In this document: piece after piece, positions 30,440 through 40,543 of the stretch
Position numbering within the stretch: the stretch's first letter is position 1
How the letters are laid out: each line of letters begins with the position of its first letter
Origin: a virus
Virus record (IMG/VR): IMGVR_UViG_3300027844_002282
DNA length: 64,000 bases
Reading direction: 5' to 3' (one strand)
Notes under the pieces: model-generated
What the model saw: the letters and a program-made list of their open reading frames with translations, nothing else
Database searches by the model: none
Told to the model about the DNA's origin: nothing
Translations under genes and position numbers: made by a program

Positions 30440-31294
30440 AGATGGGAGTATAGCTCAGATAGGGTTTTTACAGTTAGTTGTTCTCAATTAAAGAAGGATG
30501 TTTCAGGAAAAATGCGTGTTCGTATGTGAAACCTGCGGAACAAAACATCGAAAAGAAAAGACGGCCAAAGGGTGCTCGATACTTGACAAAAGGGAAGCTA
30601 TCATTAAGAAGTGCAAAAATTACACTGTAATGTTTGACTCGGCGATCCATAGACATAATCCAAATGCAGATACAGCAGATAGGTTTTTGGCTGGATTTAT
30701 CATAGACCAAGCCATTAACGATCCAGATTGGGAATGACATGAAAAATATTACCATATATGATGAAGAATGGAGATATTACCAAAAAGAAAATGGGGACAC
30801 GATTTTATACTCCCCTCTATATCAGATATATGAAATCGGATTCGCCCACTGTAACAAGTTGATGCATACAGGATTCACCATAATAGATCCTGTAAAATTG
30901 AGTGAGTACATAAAGAGGTATATTTTGGAGACTAATCATGGGTCTAAGTAACCATTGGAAATCTGACAAGGGAGTAAAATTCGATCACGAGTTAAGACTA
31001 ATAAACAATGGAATAGGTGAAGGCGAAATGGTCTTCTTTGGTGGAAAATGCTATCACGACATGGTATTTGGAATCACCAATATATCATTAGGGCGAGATG
31101 AGATCAGCAATGAGGCAATAATCAGAATATCCGAAGTTCTTGATGAGACTTCATACAAAGCGGCGAAAGAACATGCAGATCCGCAATGGGAGATGCAAGA
31201 TTTTGAATATGATGATTTTAGACTCATGTTCAGGAAATACGCAGAGGCAGGAGCAACGTTAACTGGATCGTGGTAGATTCGAGGAATACAAACA

Positions 31295-31738
31295 ATGATA
31301 TCAACAGAAAATCCGAAAGGAACAATCGTAATCACAAGCGGATATTTTGACCCTCTACATGTAGGACATATAGAGTATCTTGAGTTAGCAAAACACTGGG
31401 GCGACTATTTAATAGCGATAGTCAACAACAACAATCAAGCTCTCCTTAAAAGCGGCGGATTTTTAATGGATCAGTTCGATAGGTTGAAAATTGTTGGCTC
31501 ATTGGGAATAGTTGATTCCGCACACCTTTCCATTGATAAGGGGCAATCAGTGAAGGACACAGTCGCTTACTTGCGACAGCAGTACCCAGACAACAAAATG
31601 ATCTTCGCCAATGGCGGAGACAGGCCCTCTGAGGGGCTCGAAGAGACCCAAGTGTGTGCTGATGGCGGAATCGAGTTAATAGACGGCCTCGGTGATAAGA
31701 TCAGATCTTCATCAGATTTTAGGAATTATTCTGTGTAG
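31295..31738 (+). CDS. cytidylyl/adenylyltransferase (RfaE domain II / TagD-like)
   Basis: SGYFDPLHVGH, FANGGDR, KIRSSS. Confidence 0.88.
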   Translation: MISTENPKGTIVITSGYFDPLHVGHIEYLELAKHWGDYLIAIVNNNNQALLKSGGFLMDQFDRLKIVGSLGIVDSAHLSIDKGQSVKDTVAYLRQQYPDNKMIFANGGDRPSEGLEETQVCADGGIELIDGLGDKIRSSSDFRNYSV

Positions 31739-32210
31739 ATTGTAGCTCGTCCTTATACGATTGCAGCGCCGGGTTGTCAGCATCCCTTTGACGAACCCTC
31801 TTTTGAAAACCAGGATCGTCTTTCAACCAACCCTTTGCATCCCCCATCATGGTACTGATTCCAATACTTTTTGATTTTTCCTTAAGATATCTGTCCCAGG
31901 CACTAATCGTGTCATCTATTCCTGAGTCCATGCCTTTGACCAAGTCAAAAAACTTTCTCACCGCAAGATAGGCGGCATTTTTCTTTTCGTCATTACTATC
32001 GAGATTCAACACCGACAATATAGCGTGAGCTTCATTATAAGCATTTTCAATCTGTAGCCTCTTCCTTGGATACATGACTTGAAGCCGATCCCTTACTGGC
32101 ACATCGCCCGGCCCAGCTGTTATAGTCCAACCTCGACTCTTAGCCGTAGAAACCCAATCCTTTTTGCTTGTTTCGAGCACCTTGTTGCCATTTTTAGTTT
32201 TTATTATCAT
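31719..32210 (-). CDS. hypothetical protein (N-terminal SKKDW motif)
   Basis: 163-aa ORF; N-terminus resembles 13378..13815. Confidence 0.6.
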   Translation of the reverse strand: MIIKTKNGNKVLETSKKDWVSTAKSRGWTITAGPGDVPVRDRLQVMYPRKRLQIENAYNEAHAILSVLNLDSNDEKKNAAYLAVRKFFDLVKGMDSGIDDTISAWDRYLKEKSKSIGISTMMGDAKGWLKDDPGFQKRVRQRDADNPALQSYKDELQSTQNNS

Positions 32211-32450
32211 TACGCCCTCTTATGATTGGGTTGTGTTTTGTTATGTTGTGATTATGTTACTTATTTTTAGTAATACTCCTTCATAGAGCTTGCAAAACCA
32301 GTAATTAACGGTATAATATCACTGTTATGAACGCCATCCAGCCCGGAACGGCTGAGATGATAGGAAAAGCCCCGGACTGAACACTGGGGCATTTTCTATT
32401 TTAGGGCTTGACAAATGGGAAACACGAACTATTGTTATGTATTAACAATT

Positions 32451-32646
32451 TCTTTTAGGCCGACTCGTCGCTGGTTAAACCAGAGGAAAGTCAGGACTAC
32501 ACTTCTTAAGGTAGGACGGAAAACCGGATAGCACTACCGAGGTAGCAACGCAAACAGGCTGAGTGTGTGAGAAGCACTGTGAAGCCGGGTAGCGGCAAAG
32601 ATTAATGACGAGGTTGAAACAAAATCCTGCTTACGAGCCTAAAAGA
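32451..32646 (+). ncRNA. rnpB: RNase P RNA, minimal (~196 nt)
   Basis: P1 tcttttaggc/gcctaaaaga; P2 ctcgtcg/tgacgag; CR-I GAGGAAAGTC; CR-V ACAAAATCCTGCTTA; P4 pairing cagga/tcctg; upstream TTGACA promoter. Confidence 0.85.
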
Positions 32647-32959
32647 TTAATTATTGGTTAAAAAATGGAATGTCTAAATCAAAATAAAACTCACAAACGA
32701 GGTGAAGAATTGGAGAAACCAAGCAAAGTGAAGATGGTCATACGTTTCTTGATATTTTTTGCTATATCATTCCTTTTAATCGAAGGAATAGAGCATATTC
32801 TTCATGAGGTCTTCGATATACACATGCACGGCTGGTTTTCTTGGGGCGGACTTGGGGTTATCATCTTATTTGGATTTAAATTTCACATGATTTGTTGCGT
32901 CATTCCCTCAATCATCGCGGCAATCCTCTGCATTAAGAAGCGCCACAAACATTGCGACC

Positions 32960-33418
32960 ATGATCATTGCAAGAATGGGGCCCAGGATGAAAAACAGCCA
33001 TAAGACTGCGAAATCGAGAGATAAGGCCTCTGCCCCCGCACGATGGCTCAATAGAAAGTATTTATTAGTTGATAGATGCTTAGACTATGGGTGCGGTGCG
33101 GTAAGGGCACAGACGCTGATGAATTGTCAATGCACCGATATGATCCACATTTTTTCCCGACCTCACCAGAAGGTTTATATGACACGATTACATGCACTTA
33201 TGTATTAAATGCAGTTAGCGAGGAAGAGGGGGGCGGAAATCATCATCAAAATAAGAGGGCTCCTTAAGGATAGCGGTGTAGCATATATAACTGTCAGGAG
33301 AGACGTAAAAGAAGATGGTTGGACAAGAAGGAGTACATTTCAGAGGAATGTCATTTTGGATGAAGAATCATTAATTGACAATTCCAGTTTCTGCATTTAC
33401 AAAATAAATAAGGAGTAG
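32960..33418 (+). pseudogene. class I SAM methyltransferase, frameshifted
   Basis: LDYGCG, YDPHF, YDTITCTYVLN and AYITVRRD spread over three frames. Confidence 0.7.
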
Positions 33419-33420
33419 AC

Positions 33421-34407
33421 ATGAACGGTGAACCTCTCGTATTTTCTGGGCGTTCCAACGAAAAGTTGGCAAAAAGCGTTGCGCGGTATTTATCGATTCC
33501 ACTTGGCAACAGATTTATCAAGCTTTTTGAAAGCAATAGCAACCGGGGGGAAATACATGTCGAATATAACTGTAACCTCCGAAAACGAGACATTGTCATA
33601 ATCCAAACCATCTTCGATCCAGTGAACGATGACTTAATGGAATTGCTCGTCATGATCGATTGTGCTAAGAGGGCAAAGGCAAAAAATATCACCGTAATTA
33701 TTCCTTATATGGGATACTCAAGACAGGATCGCAAAGATAAGCCAAGAGTTCCCATCACATCAAAGTTGGTGGCTGGACTTATTGGGTATGCGGGGGCAGA
33801 CGACGCTCTTCTCATAAACTTACATGCTCCACAAATCGAGGGGTTCTTCGATATTGGTGTCGATCACATTTCATGCACCAAGATTATGGTGGAAGAACTT
33901 CTTAAGACGATTGGCAAATGCCCCACAGAAGACATTGTAATGGTCGCTCCAGACGAAGGCGCTGGAAAGATTGCCAAAGAGTACAGAAAGTTCGTTCCAG
34001 GATCAAGATTGGCTGTAATATCAAAAACCAGACATAGCGGAACAAACACGACATCTGACTTCATCATGGGAGAGGTTGACGGTAAGGTCTGTGTTCTTGT
34101 AGACGACTTGACCTCGACTGGTGGCACCTTGATCAATGGGGCGGAGTTGCTTATGAAAAAGGGGGCAACAAAAGTTTATGTTGCTGTCGCTCATGGCTGC
34201 TTTATCAACAATGGAAAAATCAAGAGCTATGAAAATATTGAAAATAGTTGTATCGAAAAAGTTTTGGTGACAAACTCTATTGACGTAAAGAAAAGTCCAA
34301 AAATTAAAATCGTAAACCTTGGAAAATTAATCGGAGAGTGTGTCCTTAGAGCTAACGACGGAAGGTCGATTTCGGATCTCTTTTCTTCACCGGAGGACGA
34401 CGAATGA
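33421..34407 (+). CDS. prs: ribose-phosphate pyrophosphokinase
   Basis: PYMGYSRQDRK, LHAPQIEGFF, VAPDEGA, VDDLTSTGGT. Confidence 0.93.
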   Translation: MNGEPLVFSGRSNEKLAKSVARYLSIPLGNRFIKLFESNSNRGEIHVEYNCNLRKRDIVIIQTIFDPVNDDLMELLVMIDCAKRAKAKNITVIIPYMGYSRQDRKDKPRVPITSKLVAGLIGYAGADDALLINLHAPQIEGFFDIGVDHISCTKIMVEELLKTIGKCPTEDIVMVAPDEGAGKIAKEYRKFVPGSRLAVISKTRHSGTNTTSDFIMGEVDGKVCVLVDDLTSTGGTLINGAELLMKKGATKVYVAVAHGCFINNGKIKSYENIENSCIEKVLVTNSIDVKKSPKIKIVNLGKLIGECVLRANDGRSISDLFSSPEDDE

Positions 34408-34832
34408 GCCTTAAAAGAAGTATACAGATAGCATACGAAAACAAGCTCGCTCGCGGGTGGGACAGAACTTATTGGGCTATCGACTTGCATGGAACAATAT
34501 GCCCTGGGGGATATTATTTAAACGATTTGGAGAACCAATCATTTTATCCTATGGCAGAAGAGGCGTTGAAAACGTTGACAGCAGATCCCGAATTGATTTT
34601 AATCTTATGGACTTGCTCACACGAGCCTTACATAGAAGGGTATTTGAAATGGTTTAAGAAACATGGAATCAAGTTTGATTTCATAAATTCTAATTTAGAA
34701 TGTCTCCCAAATGAATTTCAAGATTTTAGCAAGAAGTTTTATTGCAATGTTATTCTTGATGATAAAGCCGGATTTAATCCGTTATCTGATTGGCAGACTG
34801 TTCTTGAAGGGTATATACAATACAAAGAATAA
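34404..34832 (+). CDS. HAD-superfamily phosphatase-like phage protein
   Basis: AIDLHGTI, ILWTCS, ILDDKAGF. Confidence 0.75.
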   Translation: MSLKRSIQIAYENKLARGWDRTYWAIDLHGTICPGGYYLNDLENQSFYPMAEEALKTLTADPELILILWTCSHEPYIEGYLKWFKKHGIKFDFINSNLECLPNEFQDFSKKFYCNVILDDKAGFNPLSDWQTVLEGYIQYKE

Positions 34833-35290
34833 TGGGTAATTGGTACAAAACAGCTAAGAATAAATCCGCTAAAATGCCAGAAAATTTTTAAGTTGTTGAG
34901 AAGGGTCCCGACAATGGTTATTCATTAGACTGGAAACTATGGGCAGGCGCAAATGACTGGGAGGCCGGAATCACTCTAATGGCAGTCCTATTTGGACGTG
35001 ATACACCTGGTCAGAATAGAATCTGGGTTGAGATAGATAATAGCCAATTCCCAGATGGAAACAATAACGATAAAAAAGATGACGTTATTAATGAAATCAG
35101 AGAGTGGGGAGATCTCGCTATTAAGACTTGGATCGATGAAATGAAAGTCTCCGAGAAAGAAAAGGGCAAAGACTGGGAGAACCTACCACTTGACAATTTC
35201 ATGGGTGCTTTAGATTCAGATAAAATGAAACCATTTATATCTGAATGGGGATTTGATTCCTTATTATGGAAACCTACTGGTAAAAATTAA
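34832..35290 (+). pseudogene. MGNWYK-leader protein interrupted by an in-frame TAA
   Basis: ATG 34832 is in frame with ORF 34979..35290, with a single TAA at codon 20. Confidence 0.5.
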
Positions 35291-35386
35291 AGACGATCCT
35301 AATTTAACTTTAGCCCCTCATCACCTATTAGACTTTCAAATAGTTCCCACCAAGTGCCTTGAGAACGTTGTGGTACAGAACGGTTA

Positions 35387-35995
35387 TCAAGCGTAAGCTT
35401 TGGTCTTCTCTTCTGACGCATGAATGTAATCGATTGAAACTTTCGGCACCAACTTGGTGTAATCGAAAAATATCCATCTCTTCATGTCCTCAACCACTTC
35501 GTCTTCATTAACATGTCTGAGGTATTCATTTATTTCATCCCAGGTGCTAAACATGTGCTCATCCGGGATCATACCAAACATCCAGTCGGGAATTTCGCTC
35601 TTCCCCTGTTTGCAGTGTATGAGGACGGGGTTCTTCATCCTGTTGGCCCAACTAATCTCTTCATGGGTTCCACAAGTTGGTATTGAGGTATCGAGATTAA
35701 CAATTAAGAAGTCGGCCATATCGACCATTCTAAGATCAACGATTCTCACCTTTTTCATTTCACTGGCAATCGTTTTGTAATCCCCATCTTCTTTTAATTT
35801 AGTCCTATACTGAAGACACTCTATATCCAACCCGTCCTCAAGGTCAATGGGCTTGTCGCATGGGTTAAGAACAACAATCCCCATCTTTTCGAGTATATCA
35901 CCTTCCCACACCCGCCATTCCGCGCCCTGATCGGGGGCCTTGTCCATCGCACCCGACAAGTAGCATCTCATTCCCCATAACCTGTGATTTTTCAT
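35387..35995 (-). CDS. nucleoside 2-deoxyribosyltransferase-like (NDT superfamily) protein
   Basis: YLSGAM, VLNPC, DLRMVDMAD, GTHEE. Confidence 0.7.
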   Translation of the reverse strand: MKNHRLWGMRCYLSGAMDKAPDQGAEWRVWEGDILEKMGIVVLNPCDKPIDLEDGLDIECLQYRTKLKEDGDYKTIASEMKKVRIVDLRMVDMADFLIVNLDTSIPTCGTHEEISWANRMKNPVLIHCKQGKSEIPDWMFGMIPDEHMFSTWDEINEYLRHVNEDEVVEDMKRWIFFDYTKLVPKVSIDYIHASEEKTKAYA

Positions 35996-36593
35996 ATTAA
36001 CTCCAGTGTTGTGTTAAATAACATACTATACTCAAAATTTCTCGTAATACAAGCAGGAAGGAGCCAGATCGGTGAGCCAAGTAATAATAATAATAATGGA
36101 AGTTGATAGTCAAATCATTAGTTTATTTTTGATTGTCCATCTTTTCGATGGATGGGGTGGCAGCGAGTTAGTCGTTGATAAAGCAACAACGCTATCTCAT
36201 GGGTTTGCAAAAACACAAGTATTCACCCTCAATCAAAAATCTAAAATCGGAATCGGCACTGTTACTATTTCGGAATTTGGAGAATATGATGGCGTAGTTA
36301 AAGGCAAAGTTGTTTTATGTATGCGGTCTATACTTGAACTCTTCTATAAAGAACACGATAAAAAATGTTTCTGAAGGAGGCGCACGAAGAGTTCTCCTAC
36401 CAATGGATTGTGTTGTTATAAGCCAAGACGAAACATTGAAATATTATTTTGAAAGGAGATTCCACAATGACGAAGAAAAACTTGTTGAATACCTAAACAA
36501 AAATATAGGGCCTGAAATTGACAGAAGACATGTAATGGTCGTGTCAGGCGGATACATTGCCATAGAATTTTATTAACGATGTAGAATGATAGT

Positions 36594-37106
36594 ATGAGGA
36601 AAAATATAACAATTTGGTTTACCGGAATCCCGTGCAGTGGGAAAACAACCTTGGCATTGTCTTTCAAGAGAGAGTTAGAGACTCTTGGCCACAAGATTGT
36701 CCATTTAGATGGAGATAAATTAAGAGAGGGTTTATGCAAGGGCCTGGGGTTTTCTAACGAAGGGAGAAAAGAAAATTTGAAAAGGGTAGCTCACGTTGCA
36801 GAGTTACTGAACCAGGAAAATATTATTGTATTAGCAAGCTATGTTTCCCCAACTGAGGAAATGAGAGATGTGGTTAGAGAGATCGTTTCAGATCTAAACC
36901 TAATCCATGTCGATTGTTCACCAGAAGAATGCGCCAATAGAGACGTTAAAGGGATGTGGAAGAAGGCTAAAGATGGAGAAATCAAAGGATTCACTGGATA
37001 CGATGCCCCGTTTGAGCAGCCAGTTGATGCCGAGTTAACAATAAATACAAACGACTTGACATTAACGGAATCTATCGGTATATTATTAAACCATTTTAAC
37101 TCATGA
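36594..37106 (+). CDS. cysC: adenylyl-sulfate (APS) kinase
   Basis: WFTGIPCSGKTT, LDGDKLR, RDVKG, FTGYDAPFE. Confidence 0.95.
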   Translation: MRKNITIWFTGIPCSGKTTLALSFKRELETLGHKIVHLDGDKLREGLCKGLGFSNEGRKENLKRVAHVAELLNQENIIVLASYVSPTEEMRDVVREIVSDLNLIHVDCSPEECANRDVKGMWKKAKDGEIKGFTGYDAPFEQPVDAELTINTNDLTLTESIGILLNHFNS

Positions 37107-38159
37107 AGGGAGGGGAATTATGACAGAAATCACAGAAAAACAAGAAAACACCACATAATCACAACACTTTAGCGGACCAAACAGAAGATTGGAAAGCTCA
37201 AATAATATATATTACAAAACAATGAGTTTGATTCTCCAGAAGAAGCGGCAGAATATATCGAACAATATGTCAAAGATGTTAAGGAGTTGAATCATTTGAC
37301 GAAGAAGTTCAATATTCTCGGATATTCTCACGAAAGTGAAATGAGCGTGGGGCAACAAAAGGGTTTTGTAGGAAGTTTTGGCCCACTAATGGAGCAGTTG
37401 GCGGATATTGGCAGAAGAGAGTTGGAAAAGAAAGGAAGGAATAGCACCCCTATTTATTGAAAATATAACTATGTCTAATATGGCATAATTCAATAGGGGG
37501 GATAAAGTTATGGCAACCAAAGCCACGAATTCCAGGAAAAAGACTCCAACAAAATCGCGTACTCCAGCCAAGAAGCCCGCCGTGTCTGTAAAAGAAGACC
37601 CCAAGGTAAAAAAGACTGGTGTGTTTAGAGAGTCAAGGGTGATTATTTCATTTTGCATCGTTGCAATCATGTTTATTATCATTGTTTTGCAAGGCAAAGA
37701 AATCAGTGGTATAAAAAACTCCACTGATATTAATAGAACGCTAATTGCCCAAACGGATGACAAAGTCGCCGCAAACGTTAGTAAAATCCTAACGATATCA
37801 AGTGATATCGAGAAATTAAAGAAAAGATCCGCCTTCGCGGTAAAAAAAAAAGAGTGAGGTAGTCACATCAGAATCTGTCCCAATACCGACCATAGACCCC
37901 AATGTGACATTAAAGGTATTCGAAGATGTCGAAAGCCTCGAAGAGTTCACGCTTGATGTCACGACAGTGGAGCCCGCCCCTCCGGTAGAGACATGGTACG
38001 TAGAAGATAAGCCAGCCCTACTGAAGCCACGTTCGTGGAGGTGTAAAGCCCCATGGAAATGGAAGATTTGGTAGAAAAGATGTAGAATCTTTGTGTAAGA
38101 GCTTGACATTGCCCTTTTGAGAGGCTATGTTGTATCTCAGTTTGAAAATAGAATAGTTT

Positions 38160-38286
38160 GTGGTTTCCAGTTTCCGTAAAAACTGGTGGTGGAGGGTATA
38201 GCGATTCAAACCGTTTTTGCCCCTGGCTACAAGGAGTCGTTTTATTGGGTTAAGCACCTTGTCAATGCTAACCCAGATTTTCCACA
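38160..38286 (+). ncRNA. structured RNA immediately upstream of tmRNA
   Basis: tgtgg/ccaca closing stem; hairpins ccagttt/aaactgg and gggtta/taaccc; caagg-ccttg possible pseudoknot. Confidence 0.45.
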
Positions 38287-38292
38287 TTTTGT

Positions 38293-38997
38293 GGGGACGT
38301 AACAGGTATTCGACTAGAATGGTAGAATATCAATTGCATGTCGAGGATGACTGTTGGCCTCGTTAAACATCAGTTAAAAAACATAAAAGCGAACAACGAA
38401 GAAATCCTTCAGTTCCCTGGTCTTGATGCAGGTTTTGCAGCACCAGTAGAGGCTCCGGCCTTTGCAATCGCTGCCTAATTAGTTGACAGACTAACTCGGC
38501 CTTAATTGAGCCGAGCGCTTAACGGATGGACCCTTGATAAATCCGTAAGCGACAAAAATCGAGGAAAGCGCTTGATACTGACTCACCTGAGTTGAGAGTG
38601 AAAGTTTTAGGTGATCGTCATACTGCCAGTTGGTGTTAATACCTGCGAATGTAATACGGCACAGACTAAAAGATAGCAAAATTAACTATACATGTAGACG
38701 TTGATATAAAGTTGTTTTAGGACGCGGGTTCGATCAAATTGGTCGCCATGAGAAGTGATTCTCATTGGAAACTGAGAGCTTTCACGGTGAAAGCTAAGTT
38801 GAGTAATCAATATGCCAACGCCGTATGGTGAATCTGAAAAGAGGAAGCCATCTAGAGACTTATAGAGTCCTAAGGTATTTATACTATGGATCACTAGGAT
38901 GGGTAAAACCATAACACGCTCTCCCCTGACTTGTCAGGTGAAGAAATAGTCCTTGCCAGGTGAAAGTCTGGGTGTACAAGCCCCGCCGTCTCCACCA
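38293..38997 (+). ncRNA. ssrA: tmRNA (intron-containing); tag ANNEEILQFPGLDAGFAAPVEAPAFAIAA at 38389-38478
   Basis: GGGGAC...TCGAC 5' end; G3:U acceptor with gtctccACCA 3' end; tag ends IAA; T arm split. Confidence 0.93.
38735..38980 (+). mobile_element. group I intron in tmRNA T-loop
   Basis: 5' exon ends in U with P1 cgat/gtcg (U-G pair); R element AGAGACT, S element AAGAAATAGTCC; terminal G; splicing restores gcggg-ttcgatc-cccgc. Confidence 0.88.
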
Positions 38998-39002
38998 ATA
39001 TG

Positions 39003-39040
39003 AAAAAGGCTGAGTGCCTATAAAGCACTCAGTCTTTTTT
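39003..39040 (+). terminator. intrinsic terminator after tmRNA
   Basis: aaaaaggctgagtgc-loop-gcactcagtctttttt. Confidence 0.85.
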
Positions 39041-39114
39041 GTTTTCGAAGGGAATTGTTTTAATAAGAAGGCCCTTCGCCTCCACCTGTAGTATAATATG
39101 TTAGAGGTGATAAG

Positions 39115-39690
39115 ATGGCAAAAGAGAAAATAAAATGCGCTAACCCAGCATGTGAAAAAATTTTTGAAAAAGAAAGGAAAGAAATAAATAGAAGCGAGAG
39201 ACTTGGGAGGCTTCAATATTGTTGCTCTTCTTGTTATGGGAACCACAGGGGGAAGAACGCCTTGAAGTTCGTGTCGGAAGAAAATATTAAAAGGAATCAA
39301 ATAAATATTAAAAACTATTGTGGAAACAATAGAGATGGGTTTACAAGGTTTAGATATTTTCTAAAAAATTATAGAACAAGGGGCAAAGAAAGGCCTCAGA
39401 AAAAAGGGGATATAGACCTGGAATTCTTAAAATCACTATGGGAGTCTCAGAAAGGCATTTGCCCTATTACTGGATGGAATATGGTTTTGCCAAACTCTAT
39501 TGCCGGATGGGAAGACAAAGGTATGATGAGAGCGAGTCTTGATAGAATCAACTCTAATTTTGGGTACTTTAAAAATAACGTCAGATTCGTTTGTTTTATT
39601 GCAAACATTGCCAAAAACAATTTTTCAGATAATGATTTATTAAAATTTTGCGAGGCCGCGACAAAATTTAACAAAAAGTCAGATTTATAA
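39115..39690 (+). CDS. HNH-type (homing) endonuclease with N-terminal Zn-binding Cys motifs
   Basis: CANPAC...YCCSSC; CPITG...SLDRINSNFGY...NVRFVC...N. Confidence 0.75.
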   Translation: MAKEKIKCANPACEKIFEKERKEINRSERLGRLQYCCSSCYGNHRGKNALKFVSEENIKRNQINIKNYCGNNRDGFTRFRYFLKNYRTRGKERPQKKGDIDLEFLKSLWESQKGICPITGWNMVLPNSIAGWEDKGMMRASLDRINSNFGYFKNNVRFVCFIANIAKNNFSDNDLLKFCEAATKFNKKSDL

Positions 39691-39713
39691 ATGTCTATCT
39701 TTTTGTTTCCACA

Positions 39714-40541
39714 ATGTATAATCATATCAAATCTAAGGAGAGACCTATGCTATTAAGTAAAGATGGAAAGAGAAATATTATAGACAGAGTCACTGTTACT
39801 GGTGCAGATGACAATACAGACATTGACAATATGGTAGAGGTCTACGATGAATACCCCTTTGTTGAATGGGGTATTTTGCTATCACGCGAACAAATTGATG
39901 GAAACAGATTCCCCAGCTTTGATTGGATGAGAGATCTTTATAACATTTCTTCGCAAGAAGACCGATTCTTTAACATCGGTGGGTGGACTTGTAAAAAGCA
40001 ATTCCCCCTGTCTGGGCACATTTGCGGAAGCTGGGTTGACCAGATCCAAAAAGTTGGGTGGAAAAATTTCTTCAACTCCTTAGATAGAAATATGAAAAAT
40101 ATATTTGCGATGTTTTCAAGGCTCCAAATAAATCTTCATGGGGAAACCCCAAAAGTTACGGACGAGTTCTACAATGGGTTTTACGACCCGTCATTTGTAG
40201 GGAAACAAATAATCATACAAGAGAGCGGTGAAAGTAAAGACATTGTTGAAAGGCTTAGGCTTCGGGGAGTTAACGCGACATTGCTATTTGATAACTCCCA
40301 CGGTGCCGGAGTGTTACCTGGTGGTTGGCCAGACAGGAATGTTCCAGGATATATTGGATATGCTGGTGGCCTCGGACCAAAAAATGTCGCAGAAGAAATT
40401 CCAAAAATAGAAAAGTCATCGGGCGATGAGAAAATATGGATTGATGCTGAAACAAAGGTAAGGGATGGCGTTGGAGATCTTGACATGAATTTGACAAGGG
40501 AATTATTAAAGAAATCAGAACCGTTTATTATAGGACGATAA
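39714..40541 (+). CDS. TIM-barrel protein, phosphoribosylanthranilate isomerase-like
   Basis: TGADD, LFDNSHGAG, GYAGGLGP, WIDAETKVR. Confidence 0.7.
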   Translation: MYNHIKSKERPMLLSKDGKRNIIDRVTVTGADDNTDIDNMVEVYDEYPFVEWGILLSREQIDGNRFPSFDWMRDLYNISSQEDRFFNIGGWTCKKQFPLSGHICGSWVDQIQKVGWKNFFNSLDRNMKNIFAMFSRLQINLHGETPKVTDEFYNGFYDPSFVGKQIIIQESGESKDIVERLRLRGVNATLLFDNSHGAGVLPGGWPDRNVPGYIGYAGGLGPKNVAEEIPKIEKSSGDEKIWIDAETKVRDGVGDLDMNLTRELLKKSEPFIIGR

Positions 40542-40543
40542 AT

